The translations under genes and the position numbers were made by a program. The notes beneath the pieces were generated by a model. The model ran no database searches, was not told where the DNA came from, and worked only from the letters and a program-made list of their open reading frames with translations. This document shows, piece after piece, positions 45,024-55,700 of a stretch of DNA of 64,000 bases. Each line of letters begins with the position of its first letter. The first letter of the stretch is position 1. Origin of the DNA: Chromatiales bacterium (lineage in GTDB: Bacteria > Pseudomonadota > Gammaproteobacteria > Steroidobacterales > GCA-2729495); the NCBI GenBank assembly GCA_024234935.1, contig JACKNI010000007.1, positions 11,454-75,453 of the forward strand. The letters are read 5' to 3'.

Positions 45024-45398
45024 ATGGAGATCTTCAAGGAGTTTATCTTCGAGGCGGCGCACCGCCTGCCCAACGTGCCTGCCGGCCACAAGTGCAGCCG
45101 GCTGCACGGCCATTCGTGGCGCGGGGCGATCTATGTCGAGGGGCCGGTCGATCCGCATGCCGGCTGGGTGATGGACTTCGGTGAAATCAAGCAGAAGTTT
45201 TCGCCCGTCTACGACATCCTCGACCATCATTATCTGAACGATGTGCCGGGTCTTGAGAATCCGACCAGCGAGGTGGTCGCACGCTGGATCTGGCAGCAAC
45301 TGAAACCGGTACTGCCCCTGTTGTCGAAGGTCATCGTGCATGAGACCTGTACGAGCGGTGCGATCTATCGGGGTGAGGACTGCGAGGCCGGTGGCTGA
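45024..45398 (+). CDS. queD: 6-carboxy-5,6,7,8-tetrahydropterin synthase QueD
   Basis: The last 124 aa of ORF 44445-45398 ([32 protein letters not shown]...[18 protein letters not shown]...[13 protein letters not shown]) are very close to E. coli QueD, including the CxxxHGH and zinc-binding His residues. Confidence 0.9.
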   Translation: MEIFKEFIFEAAHRLPNVPAGHKCSRLHGHSWRGAIYVEGPVDPHAGWVMDFGEIKQKFSPVYDILDHHYLNDVPGLENPTSEVVARWIWQQLKPVLPLLSKVIVHETCTSGAIYRGEDCEAGG

Positions 45399-45837
45399 CG
45401 AGACGCTGATGCGCGCGGCGCTCGCGCTGGCGCGTCGCGGGCTGCTTGCCGGTGAAGCGCCGGTCGGTGCCTGCATCGCGCAGGACGGGCGGGTGATTGC
45501 CAGCGCGCACAGCGCCGTGGCCGGTGGTCCCGACGCAAGCGCGCATGCCGAGATTCTCGCCATCCGTGCCGCGTGCCGCAGTCTGCGCAGCGCGGCGCTT
45601 GCCGGCTGCGAGTTGTATGTCAGCGTTGAACCCTGTGCCATGTGTCTTGCCGCCTGTCACTACGCCGGGATTGACCAGGTGTTTTTTGCTGCCAGTTTGC
45701 AGGACATGCAGGCGGTCACCGGCCACGAACTGGGTGCGCCGGTACCTCTGTCGATCCGGTTGCACGGCGGTGTGCTCGGTGATGAAGCGCGCGCCATGCT
45801 GGCCGAGTGGGCAGCACAGCGGCAGGTGCGGGTGTAG
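45391..45837 (+). CDS. CMP/dCMP-type zinc deaminase (TadA / guanine deaminase-like)
   Basis: ORF 45340-45837. The likely start is GTG 45391 (overlaps the queD stop) or ATG 45409. HAE...PCAMC zinc signature ([10 protein letters not shown]...[13 protein letters not shown]). Confidence 0.72.
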   Translation: MADETLMRAALALARRGLLAGEAPVGACIAQDGRVIASAHSAVAGGPDASAHAEILAIRAACRSLRSAALAGCELYVSVEPCAMCLAACHYAGIDQVFFAASLQDMQAVTGHELGAPVPLSIRLHGGVLGDEARAMLAEWAAQRQVRV

Positions 45838-46607
45838 CTGTGGCCGCTGTCTACGACGCCTTCGCCCGCGACTATCAGCGCAGCAAGGCCTCACCGCTGC
45901 GCGCGGCCATCGAAAGCTGGACCATCGATCGCCTGCTCGGTGATATCCGGGGATCCGCGATCTTCGATGCAGGCTGCGGCGACGGCTTTCATGCCCGGCG
46001 ACTGATGGCAAGGGGCGCAGGCCGCATAGCCGGCGTGGACGTTTCGGCGGCGATGATCCGGCTCGCACGCGAGGAGGAGAGCCGGGAGCCGCTGGGCATC
46101 CTGTACCAGTGCTGTGCGGTCGAGGACTTGCCGGAGCTGCCCTGTGCCGGTTACGGAGCAAGCGGTTTCGACATCGTGCTGGCTGCCTATCTGCTGCACT
46201 ACGCGCCATCGGTCGAGGTGCTCGCCCGCATGTGCCAGCGGCTTGCGAACGTACTGAAGCCCGGCGGTCGTCTCGTCGCCCTCGTCGAGAATCCGGACCA
46301 GACGGTGGCCGACTACGCCGGCTATGCGCCCTACGGCTTTGACAAGGTCGCGGCGGAGCCGCGTGCCGAAGCCAGCCGGATCCGCTACTCGCTGGTAGCC
46401 GGGCGGCAGATGATCCGCTTTGATACCTGGTACTACTCGCGCGACAGCTACGAGCGTGTGCTGCGCGACGCCGGCTTCAGCGCGATCGCATGGCACCCGC
46501 TGGAACTCGACCCTGATGCCGGGTCTGCCGGCTACTACGCTGACTATCTGCGTAACCCGCCGGTACTGGGCCTGACAGCCGATTTCCCCGGGATGCGGCG
46601 ATCATGA
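45807..46607 (+). CDS. class I SAM-dependent methyltransferase
   Basis: 266 aa (start uncertain: ATG 45807 or GTG 45843). Motif I IFDAGCGDGFHARRL; post-I RIAGVDVS; LKPGGRLVAL. Its stop overlaps the NRPS start (ATGA at 46604-46607). Confidence 0.75.
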   Translation: MGSTAAGAGVAVAAVYDAFARDYQRSKASPLRAAIESWTIDRLLGDIRGSAIFDAGCGDGFHARRLMARGAGRIAGVDVSAAMIRLAREEESREPLGILYQCCAVEDLPELPCAGYGASGFDIVLAAYLLHYAPSVEVLARMCQRLANVLKPGGRLVALVENPDQTVADYAGYAPYGFDKVAAEPRAEASRIRYSLVAGRQMIRFDTWYYSRDSYERVLRDAGFSAIAWHPLELDPDAGSAGYYADYLRNPPVLGLTADFPGMRRS

Positions 46608-49585
46608 GTACGCTGTTGCGCACACCGCTGCCGCAGTCCGATGCGCCGGATGCATGCCTGTCGCTCAGCCTGCTGGAACGCCTCGCCGCCCACGTGCAGC
46701 TGCGGCCCGACGCGCCGGCAATCGTCTGTGGCGAACAACAGCTGGCTTATGCAGCGCTTGATGCTGCGGCCAACCGGCTTGCGCATCGCCTGCAGGATCT
46801 CGGCGTTGCCCGCGATGTGCCAGTCGGCATCTGTCTCGAGCCCGGAACCGAGCTGCTGGTTGCGATGCTCGCCGTGCTGAAGGCCGGTGGCGCTTACTTG
46901 CCGCTGGATCCGGCCTGGCCTCGCGAACGCCTGCAGCAGATGCTGGGTGTCGTGAATCCGGCGGTGCTGATCAGCTGTGCCCGCCTGCGCGAGCGTTGCC
47001 CGGCCGGCATGCATGAGCTGCTTGATCTCGATCAGGAGCACGCGCGGATTGCGGCATGCAGTGCTGCGGATCCGGCAGTGGAGATCGTTCCGGAGCAGCT
47101 CTGCTACCTGATGTTCACTTCCGGTTCCGGCGGCGCGCCCAAGTGCGTGATGGTCACGCATGGCAATCTCGCCGGGCTGTTTCCGCCGCTCTGCGCGGCG
47201 CTCGAGTTCGGTTCCGATGATGTCTGGAGCTGGTTTCATTCCGCTTCCTTCGGCTTCTCGGTCTGGGAGATCCACGGTGCGCTGCTGCACGGTGGCTGCC
47301 TGCAGGTGGTGCCCGAAGTGGTCCGCAATGCACCCGCTGCACTCGGTGCCTGGATTGCCGAGCGGGGTGTGACGGTCTTCAGCCAGACGCCGTCAGCCCT
47401 GCGCCGGCTGCTCGGCGTGGCACCTTTTCATCAGGCGATCGCCGGCAGCCGGTTGCGTTATCTCGCGCTCAGTGGCGAGGCGCTGCGGCCGGAAGACATC
47501 GCCACCTGGCATCACTACCAGGATGCAGAACGACAACCCTCTGCGCCACGACTGCTCAGCACCTACGCGCTGACCGAGACCGCTGGCCAGGTAACCTTGC
47601 GCATTTACGGCGCAGCTGATTCCGGCAGCGAAGCAGTGCGCAATATCGGCCAGCCCCTCGGCGGTCGTCACGTGCTGGTACTGGATGCTGCCGGCCGGCC
47701 CGTCGCTCCGGGCGAAGCGGGCGAACTGTGGGTGGCCGGTACCTGTGTCGCGGCGGGCTATTTCGGCGACGCATCGCTCACCGCACAGCGCTTCACCACG
47801 CATGTCGTGGCCGGGCAGGGATTGCTGCGCGGTTACCGGACCGGTGACCAGGTGCGGCTGCGCGCTGATGGCGCACTCGAGTATCTGGGCCGTGCCGATA
47901 TGCAGCTCAAGTATCGGGGCTACCGTATCGAGCCTGCGGAAATCGAAGCCGCATTGCGTGGCCACCCGGGCGTACGCGATGCAGCCGTGGCACTGCAGAG
48001 CGATGTGGCCGGCAATCCGCGCCTCACGGCGCACATCGTCAGCGCGGAAACAAAGGCGGATGCAACCGGACTGGAGTTCTGGCCTTCGCTGGGCGCGTAT
48101 GAGGTATACGACGAGTTCCTGTACGGACTGATGAACGCCGAACCGGTGCGGCTGAACGCTTATCGCGCGGCTTTCGCCGGCAGCGTGCCTGGCAAGGCTG
48201 TACTCGATATAGGTACCGGCAGCGATGCTGTGCTGGCGCGCCTGTGTATCGAAGCCGGTGCCCGTCACGTGTATGCGGTTGAAATACTCGAGGCGGCAGC
48301 ACGGCAGGCAGCTGAACTGGTGCGCACGCTGGGGCTCGAAGATCGCATCACCGTTTTGCACGGTGATATTGCAGCCATGGTGCTGCCGGAGCCGGTCGAA
48401 GTGTGTACCCAGGGCATCATCGGCAATATCGGCAGTGCCGATGGCATCGTGGCGGTCTGGAATGCCGCACGCCGCAATTTTGCTGCGGGCTGCGTGCCGG
48501 TCCCGTCCCGTTGCGTCACCCGGCTTGCGCTGATGGAGTTGCCTGCCGCAGCGCGCGAGCGGCCACGTTTTTCGCCGCTTGCCGCCGACTACGTGCGGCG
48601 CATGTTCATGCTGACCGGAAAACCCTTCGATGTGCGTCTCTGCGTGCGCAACGTCAAAGCTGCGGACCTGCTGACCGCAGGTACCGATTTCGAAGTGCTG
48701 GAGTTCCACGGGCCGTTGCCGCCCGGCCACATCGGCAGTGCCGAACTCGAAGTGCGACGTGACGGATACCTGGATGGCTGCCTGCTGTGGACCGTGGTGT
48801 CTGCCGATGCCGTACACACGGTGGACTATCTGCAGGAGCAGCGTGCCTGGCTGCCGGTGTTCGTGCCGATGGCAGAAACCGGCATCACCGTGCATCGTGG
48901 CGATGTCGTGCGCATCAGCTGGCGGGCTTTCAACGAGTCAGATCCGCGCCATCCGGATTACGAGTTGTGCGTGTCCCTGGGCGCGGAGGGCGACAGGCCG
49001 GCGCGCGAGTTCAGGCAGGTGACGCGCCATTCAGGCACCGAGGCGGGTGCGATGCGACTGCATCGCGAACTGCTGGCGGATGTCGGTAGCGAGGATCAGG
49101 TGGTGTCGGTCGACGCCCTGCGAGCCTGGCTCGGCGATCGCGTACCCGAATACATGGTGCCGCAGAGCTGGCTGTTCCTGCCGGAGCTGCCGCTGACGCC
49201 GGGCGGAAAACTCGACCGCGAGGCGCTGCCCGCACCGGGCCGATATCGGCCGCGGCTTGCTGCTGCAGCCATCGCCCCGCGCAATGCCGTGGAGAATGCT
49301 GTTGCCGGACTCTGGGCGCGGGCGCTGGGCCTGGAAGCGATTGGCGTCGAGGACAACTTTTTTGATCTGGGTGGTGACTCGATCACCGCGGTGCAACTCA
49401 CCACGACGACCCAGCGCTGGCTGGATGCGCCGGTACCGCTCGCAGCCCTGTTCGATGCGCCTACGGTGGCCGCGATGTGCCGCCATCTCGAAGCGGCATA
49501 TGCAGCACCGCTTGCGGCCGCACTCGGGCGCGGTGGGGCTCATATGCAGCAAGGCTCGATGGATCGCGAGCACGGCGAGCTATGA
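46604..49585 (+). CDS. NRPS loading protein: interrupted adenylation domain A(MT) + carrier domain
   Basis: 993 aa. A3 FTSGSGGAPK; A4 SFGFSVWE (47249-47269); A7 YRTGD; A8 GRADMQLKYRGYRIEPAEIE. An insert of about 340 aa follows, then A9/A10 VPEYMVP...PLTPGGKLDRE. T domain FFDLGGDSITAVQL (Ser codon 49379-49381). Confidence 0.9.
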   Translation: MSTLLRTPLPQSDAPDACLSLSLLERLAAHVQLRPDAPAIVCGEQQLAYAALDAAANRLAHRLQDLGVARDVPVGICLEPGTELLVAMLAVLKAGGAYLPLDPAWPRERLQQMLGVVNPAVLISCARLRERCPAGMHELLDLDQEHARIAACSAADPAVEIVPEQLCYLMFTSGSGGAPKCVMVTHGNLAGLFPPLCAALEFGSDDVWSWFHSASFGFSVWEIHGALLHGGCLQVVPEVVRNAPAALGAWIAERGVTVFSQTPSALRRLLGVAPFHQAIAGSRLRYLALSGEALRPEDIATWHHYQDAERQPSAPRLLSTYALTETAGQVTLRIYGAADSGSEAVRNIGQPLGGRHVLVLDAAGRPVAPGEAGELWVAGTCVAAGYFGDASLTAQRFTTHVVAGQGLLRGYRTGDQVRLRADGALEYLGRADMQLKYRGYRIEPAEIEAALRGHPGVRDAAVALQSDVAGNPRLTAHIVSAETKADATGLEFWPSLGAYEVYDEFLYGLMNAEPVRLNAYRAAFAGSVPGKAVLDIGTGSDAVLARLCIEAGARHVYAVEILEAAARQAAELVRTLGLEDRITVLHGDIAAMVLPEPVEVCTQGIIGNIGSADGIVAVWNAARRNFAAGCVPVPSRCVTRLALMELPAAARERPRFSPLAADYVRRMFMLTGKPFDVRLCVRNVKAADLLTAGTDFEVLEFHGPLPPGHIGSAELEVRRDGYLDGCLLWTVVSADAVHTVDYLQEQRAWLPVFVPMAETGITVHRGDVVRISWRAFNESDPRHPDYELCVSLGAEGDRPAREFRQVTRHSGTEAGAMRLHRELLADVGSEDQVVSVDALRAWLGDRVPEYMVPQSWLFLPELPLTPGGKLDREALPAPGRYRPRLAAAAIAPRNAVENAVAGLWARALGLEAIGVEDNFFDLGGDSITAVQLTTTTQRWLDAPVPLAALFDAPTVAAMCRHLEAAYAAPLAAALGRGGAHMQQGSMDREHGEL
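48065..49093 (+). other. PRMT-fold SAM methyltransferase domain inserted between A8 and A9 of the loading A domain
   Basis: aa ~488-830: YDEFLYGLMNAEPVRLNAYRAAFAGSVPGKAVLDIGTGSDAVLARLCIEAGARHVYAVEILEAAARQAAELVRTLGLEDRITVLHGDIAAMVLPEPVEV. This parallels the type I PRMT N-terminal helix, motif I and post-I. It is followed by a C-terminal portion of beta-barrel length. Confidence 0.6.
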
Positions 49586-49746
49586 CCATCGCGGAGCTGC
49601 TCGCGGCAACGCGCGCGGCGGGAATCACGCTGCGGGTCGAGCGCGGGCGTCTGCTCTTTGACGCGCCGGCTGGCGCGCTGACCCCGGAACTGCGTCAGGC
49701 CCTCAGCGAACGCAAGCCGGAGCTGCTGGACTATTTCCACAACGGG
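49582..49746 (+). other. TubC-N-like N-terminal docking domain
   Basis: MTIAELLAATRAAGITLRVERGRLLFDAPAGALTPELRQALSERKPELLDYF fits the pattern of TubC-type docking domains (LLxxLxxxGVxLxxxGxxLxxxAPxGxLTxELxxxLxxxKxELL). Confidence 0.6.
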
Positions 49747-52700
49747 AACCCGGCGCCACTCGGCTTTGCACAGCAGAGCCTCTGGTTCCTGCATGAACTC
49801 TATCCGCAGGACACCGGCGCCAGCGAGCAGTTTGCGATCCGTATCGATGGTCCGCTCGATCCGACGCTGCTCGCGCGGGCCTGGCATGCCCTGCTTGCGC
49901 GTCATTCGATACTGCGTACGACTTTCAGTGAAAAGGACGGCCAGGTCTGGCAGGTACCGGCAGCACCGCAGCTGAATGGTCCGCCGCTGTTGCAGGTCAA
50001 TGTCGGTACGGTGCAGTCCGGTCTGCTGGAAATCGCTGCCACAGCGTTGCGTGAGCCCTTCGACCTGCGGCGTGGTCCGCTGCTGAAGCCGCAACTCTGC
50101 CGTATGGCCGACGAGCAGCACGTACTGCTGGTCACGGCACATCACATCATCGCTGACGGGCTGTCGGTTCCGGTCATTCGCGCGGAGCTGGTTGCGCTCT
50201 ATCAGGCACTGCTCGCGGGGAAGCCATCACCGCTGCCACCGCTGCAGCTCGAGTATGCGGACGTGGCGCGTGCGCAGCTGCAGACCGATGCGCAGCATGA
50301 AACCGGCGTGCTGCAGCGCTGGCAGGAGATACTCGCATCGCCGCCGCCTGCGGCCCTGCATGCGCTGGTGCGTCCGCGGCGGGGCACCAAAATCTCCCGG
50401 CGCTCTGCCTTTAGCCTGGAGGCGTCGCTGGCCGACAGGCTGCGTCGACTCGCACGTGACAGCGGCACCACTCCGTATGTCGTGCTGCTGGCCGCGTTTC
50501 GTGTACTGCTGGTCCGTCTGACCGGGCAGCACGATCTGGTGATCGGTACGCCGATGACCCTGCGGGATACGCCCGAGCAGCGCGAGATGATCGGCTGCCT
50601 GGTGAACCCGGTTGCCTTGCGGACGCCGGTCGAACTGCAGGATTCATTTCGCAGTCACCTGTTGCGTGAGCGGGCAATGGTGCTCGAGGCCATGCAGTAC
50701 CGGAATGTGCCTTTTTCGCGGGTAGTGGCTGCCGTCAGCCCGGAGCGAAAACTGGATGAGCATCCGCTGTTCCAGATCCTGTTTTCATGGGAGACCGGTA
50801 TACAGCCGGAACCGGTGGTCATCGCCCCGGCTGATGCTGCGCCTGAGGTGCGCTTTTGCCTCCTGTCCCTGCCGGCCGAACGCGCTTCGTACTTTGACCT
50901 CGAGTGTCTGCTGCGCGATGCGGGTGAAGGGCAGCCGATGGACGGCTATTTCGCCTGGTCGACGGCTGTGCTTGAGGACCTGGTCGGCGCACAACTGGCG
51001 CAGATATACGCAGTGCTGCTTGCTGCAATCATCGACCGTCCGGATGCGCCGATGGCCGGGCTCAGCCTGCTGTCCGAAGTCGCACGCCGGAAGATCCTTC
51101 ATGACTGGAACGATACGGCTGCGCCGTACCCGGAGCGGACATCGTTGCATGACGCCTTTCTTGAGCAGGCCCGTCGCGTGCCGGAGGCGCCGGCGCTGCA
51201 CACCACCACAGGGCTCTGGAGCTACGCCCGGCTTGAGGAGCGCAGCGCAGAGCTGGCGGCCGACCTGACCGCCTGTGGTCTGCAGCCCGGCATGCCGGTG
51301 GGCCTGTGCATGCCGCGCTCGGCCGAAGCTGTCGTTGCGCTGCTCGGTATCCTGCGTGCGGGCGGCGTGATCGTCCCGCTGGATCCGGCCTGGCCGCTGG
51401 CACGTCTGCAGTTTGTCGCCGCCGATGCGGGCGTGCAGATCGTGCTTCGCGACCTGCATCCCTTCCGGCCGGATGCGCCGCTGAAGCCGGCCGTACCGGC
51501 GCCAGCCGACGCTGCAGTGATCCTCTATACCTCGGGCTCCACGGGCATGCCGAAAGGCGCGTTGACCACGCATGCTTCGGCGGTCAATCGTTGCCACTGG
51601 ATGTGGCAGGGCTACGGCTTCGGTGCGGAGGACGTGTTTGCGCTGCGCACCAGTTTCGGGTTTATCGATTCGCTGTGGGAGATCTTCGGCGCGCTCGGTC
51701 ACGGTATCCCGCTGGTGATCGTGCCGGACGATATTGCCGGCGATGCGCTGCGCCTGCCGGACTTCCTGCGCGCTCATGCGGTCACGCACCTGGTGCTCGT
51801 GCCCTCGCTGCTGCGCGCACTGCTCGATGCAATGCCGGCGGGAGGGCTGCCCGCGCTCAGCAGTTGCATCAGCAGCGGCGAGCCGCTGGATCCGGCGCTC
51901 GCGCGGCGTTTCCGCTCGGCTTTTCCCGGCGCGCGGCTGCTGAACACCTATGGCACCTCGGAGATCTGGGATGCCACCTGTCATGAAGTGACCGGGTTGT
52001 CCGCGGCGACGGAGCGTGTGCCGATCGGCCGGCCGGTTGCCAATGCGAGCGTCCATGTACTCGATGCCAACGCCGAGCTGCTGCCGCCGGGCATTCCCGG
52101 CGAGCTGTACGTTGGCGGCATCGGGGTCGGACCCGGCTACTGGCAGCGGCCGGAACTGACAGCGGAGAAGTTCATCACGCTCCGTCTCGCCACGGATGGC
52201 GAGCCGCTACGTCTGTATCGCAGTGGCGATCGCGCGCGCTGGCTTGCTGACGGCCAGATTGAGTGTCTGGGCCGGCTCGATGCCCAGTTCAAGCTGCGCG
52301 GGCTGCGCATCGAGCCGGGCGAGATCGAGAGTGCGCTCACTGCCCATCCGGCCGTCGCCGGCGCCATCGTCACAATCTGCGGAGAGGGCGAGGCCGCGCG
52401 CCTCGTCGCCGGCGTGGTGCGCGCTGCACAGGCGGATACCGGGTCCGATGCAGAACTGTGGTCAGGATTGCGCACACATCTGCGCCGCTTGTTGCCGGCG
52501 CACATGCTGCCGGCCGGCTGGCAATGCCTCGATCAGTTGCCGCTGACGCCGAGCGGAAAGCTGGACCGGCGTGCGTTTGCGGCGCTGTACGGCAACGGGA
52601 GCCGTGTCGAAGTACCGGCCGCCGGTGCAGGGCCGCGTACCGACACCGAGCGCGAGCTTGCAGCGATGTGGTCGGAGGTGTTCGGTGGCAGACACATCGG

Positions 52701-55700
52701 CGTCGATGAGAACTTCTTCGATGCAGGTGGCCACTCGTTGCTCGCCACGCGCATCGTCAGCCGGATCCGCACCCGCCATGCGCAAGACTTCACGCTGCGC
52801 GAGATGTTTGCGGCACCGACGATCGCAGCGCTGGCGGCGGCGCTCGACAGCCGGCGGCAGTCGCAAGCCGCCGCGGGCCTGGTCGCGGCAGCACATGACG
52901 ATGTCGTGCCGCTGTCCTTTGCCCAGGAGCGGCTCTGGTTCCTGGACCAGCTTGATCCCGGCAGTCCGGCTTACAACATCGCCTGGACGGTGTGTCTGTC
53001 CGGAGCGCTGGACCGCGGTGCGCTACGCGCCGCACTCGACTTTCTCATCGCGCGCCACGAAGCCTTGCGCAGCCGCTTTCCGGCTGTGGCTGGCCGACCG
53101 CAGCTGTGCATCGATGAGCCCGGGTCGCTCGGCCTGGTCGAGCTCGATATCGCCGGGGAAACGGAATTGCAGGCAGCGCTATTGCGCCATGCGCGGGCGC
53201 CTTTCGTGCTGGCTACCGGCCCGCTGCTGCGCGCGGTACTCGTGCATCGCTCGGCGGATGAACACCTGCTGATGCTCGCCATGCAGCACATCATCACGGA
53301 TGCCACCTCCAACCATGTGCTTTTTGAAGAGCTGGTGACGAGCTATGCGGCATTCGCCGCTGGCAGGGAGCCGGCACTGCCGCCGCCGGCGATCAGGTAT
53401 GCGGACTATGCGCTCTGGCAGCGGCGGCGACCGCCTGATGCGGGGCTGGCCGCGGACCTCGCCTGGTGGCGCGCACAACTGGCGGGCATGCCGGCGGCAC
53501 TCGAGTTGCCGACTGATTATCCGCGGCCCGCCGAGCAGCAGTTCCGCGGTGCCTGGGTACGCCGCACCTTGCCGTCCGGACTGGTGCGGGCGTTGCGGGC
53601 ACTGGCCCGCGAGCAGCAGGGCACCTTATATATGGTGTTGCTTGCTGCCTTCGACGTGCTGCTGTCCCGCTACAGCGGCAGCGAGGACATTGTCGTCGGT
53701 ACGCCGGTAGAGGGGCGGACCGAGCGTTCCCTGGAGCAGCTGGTCGGACTTTTCATCAACACGCTGGTGATGCGCACGGATCTCAGTGGTGACCCAACCT
53801 TTACGGAGTTGCTGCAGCGTGTGCGCACGGTGACGCTCGAGGCCCAGGCGCACCAGGATCTGCCCTTCGAGAAACTCGTCGAAGCGCTGCGTCCCGCGCG
53901 CAGTCTGAGCCGTGCGCCGCTGTTCCAGGTCATGTTCAACCTGATCCGTATGCCGGAAGAGCAACAACAGGTGGCGGGGCTGACGTTCCGTCTCGACCGG
54001 CTGGTAGACCAGGGCGTGTCGAGTTTCGATCTCACGCTGACGGCGAGTGAGCAGGGCGAGCAGGTCGGGCTGATCTTCGAATACGCGACCGATCTGTTCG
54101 CAGTCCGGACCGTCGAGCAGCTTGCCGATTCCTGTCTGTGTCTGCTCCAGGGGATCGTCGAGTGCCCGGCACAGGCCATATCGCGATTGCCGTTGCTCGA
54201 TGAAGCCGGCCGGCAGCACCTGCTCGACGACTTCAATCCGCCGGTCCTTGCGGCGGGCTTTGTGCCGGTGCATCAGACCGTGGCCGGCAATGCGCTGCGC
54301 TGGCCGGATGCGCCGGCGGTTTCGCTGGGTGGAATATCCCTGCGCTATGGCGAACTCGAAGCGCGTGCCAACCGGCTTGCACACTTCCTGCTCGCGCGGG
54401 GTTTGCCAGCCGGCGCGCGGATTGGCATCTGCCTGTCGCGCGAGCCGTCCTTGCTGGTCGCGGTGCTGGCGGTGCTGAAAGCCGGTGCAGCCTATGTGCC
54501 GCTGGATCCCGCTTACCCGCCCGCACGACTGGCGGCGATGGCAGACGACGCCGATCTCGCTCTGCTGCTCGTCGATATGAAAACCCGTGCCTGCTTTGCG
54601 GTCGACGATGCGCGCCTGCTGCAGCCTGATGCGTTGCAGGCAGAAACAGACCGCTGTGCCGCGAGTCCACCGGTGCTCCGCGTGAGTGCCGATGACCTGG
54701 CCTACCTGCTCTACACCTCCGGCTCTACCGGCCGGCCGAAGGCCGTGATGGTCACGCATGGCAATCTTGCCAGCGCACTGTCGGCATGGCTTGAGCTCTA
54801 TACCCTGCAGCCGGGCGAATCCCATCTGCAAATGGCGAGCGTGGCATTCGATGTCTTCAGCGGCGACTGGGTCCGTGCGCTGGGTTCGGGTGGCCGCCTG
54901 GTGCTGTGTCCGCGCGAGACGCTGCTCGAGCCGTCGGCGCTGCTGGCCGTGCTGACCCACGAGAAAATTGCAGTTGCCGAGTTCGTGCCGGCGGTGATCC
55001 GGCTGCTGCTTGCGCATGCAGACGCACAGGACCTGCAGTTGCCGCCGCTGCGTCTGCTGATCGTCGGTTCTGACCTGTGGTTTGCTGCCGAGGCCGCTGC
55101 GCTGCGCGCCCGCTGCACGTCTGGCACCCGCGTGTTCAATTCCTACGGCGTCGCCGAGGCAACGATCGACAGCGCCTGCCTGGAAGTCGGTGAGGATATG
55201 CCTGCCGCCGGCGCAGTGCCGGTTGGCAGGCCGCTAGCGAATGCGCGGCTCTACGTGGTCGACGCGCGCGGCGATATTGTCCCGGCCGGCGTGCCCGGTG
55301 AGCTGTGCATCGGTGGTGCCGGTGTGGCGCAAGGGTACTTCGGTCAGCCGGAACTCAGCGCGGAGAAATTCATTGCCGATCCTTTTGCCGGTGTGCCGGG
55401 TGCGCGTCTGTACCGTAGCGGCGACCGCGCACGCTGGCGCCACGATGGCAATCTGGAGTTGCTTGGCCGCGCCGACTTCCAGTTCAAGCTGCGCGGCTTT
55501 CGCATCGAACCGGCTGAAGTCGAGGCACGCCTGACAGAACATCCGGCCATCCGCCACGCTGTCGTCGGCCGACGCGAAACAGCGGCTGGCGATGCATGCC
55601 TGGTGGCCTGGATCGTGCCCGGCGATGCGGCTGTGCCGGTGCCAGACCTGCGGCTGGCCTTGCAGTCCAGTTTGCCTGAGCATCTCATACCCAACATTTT

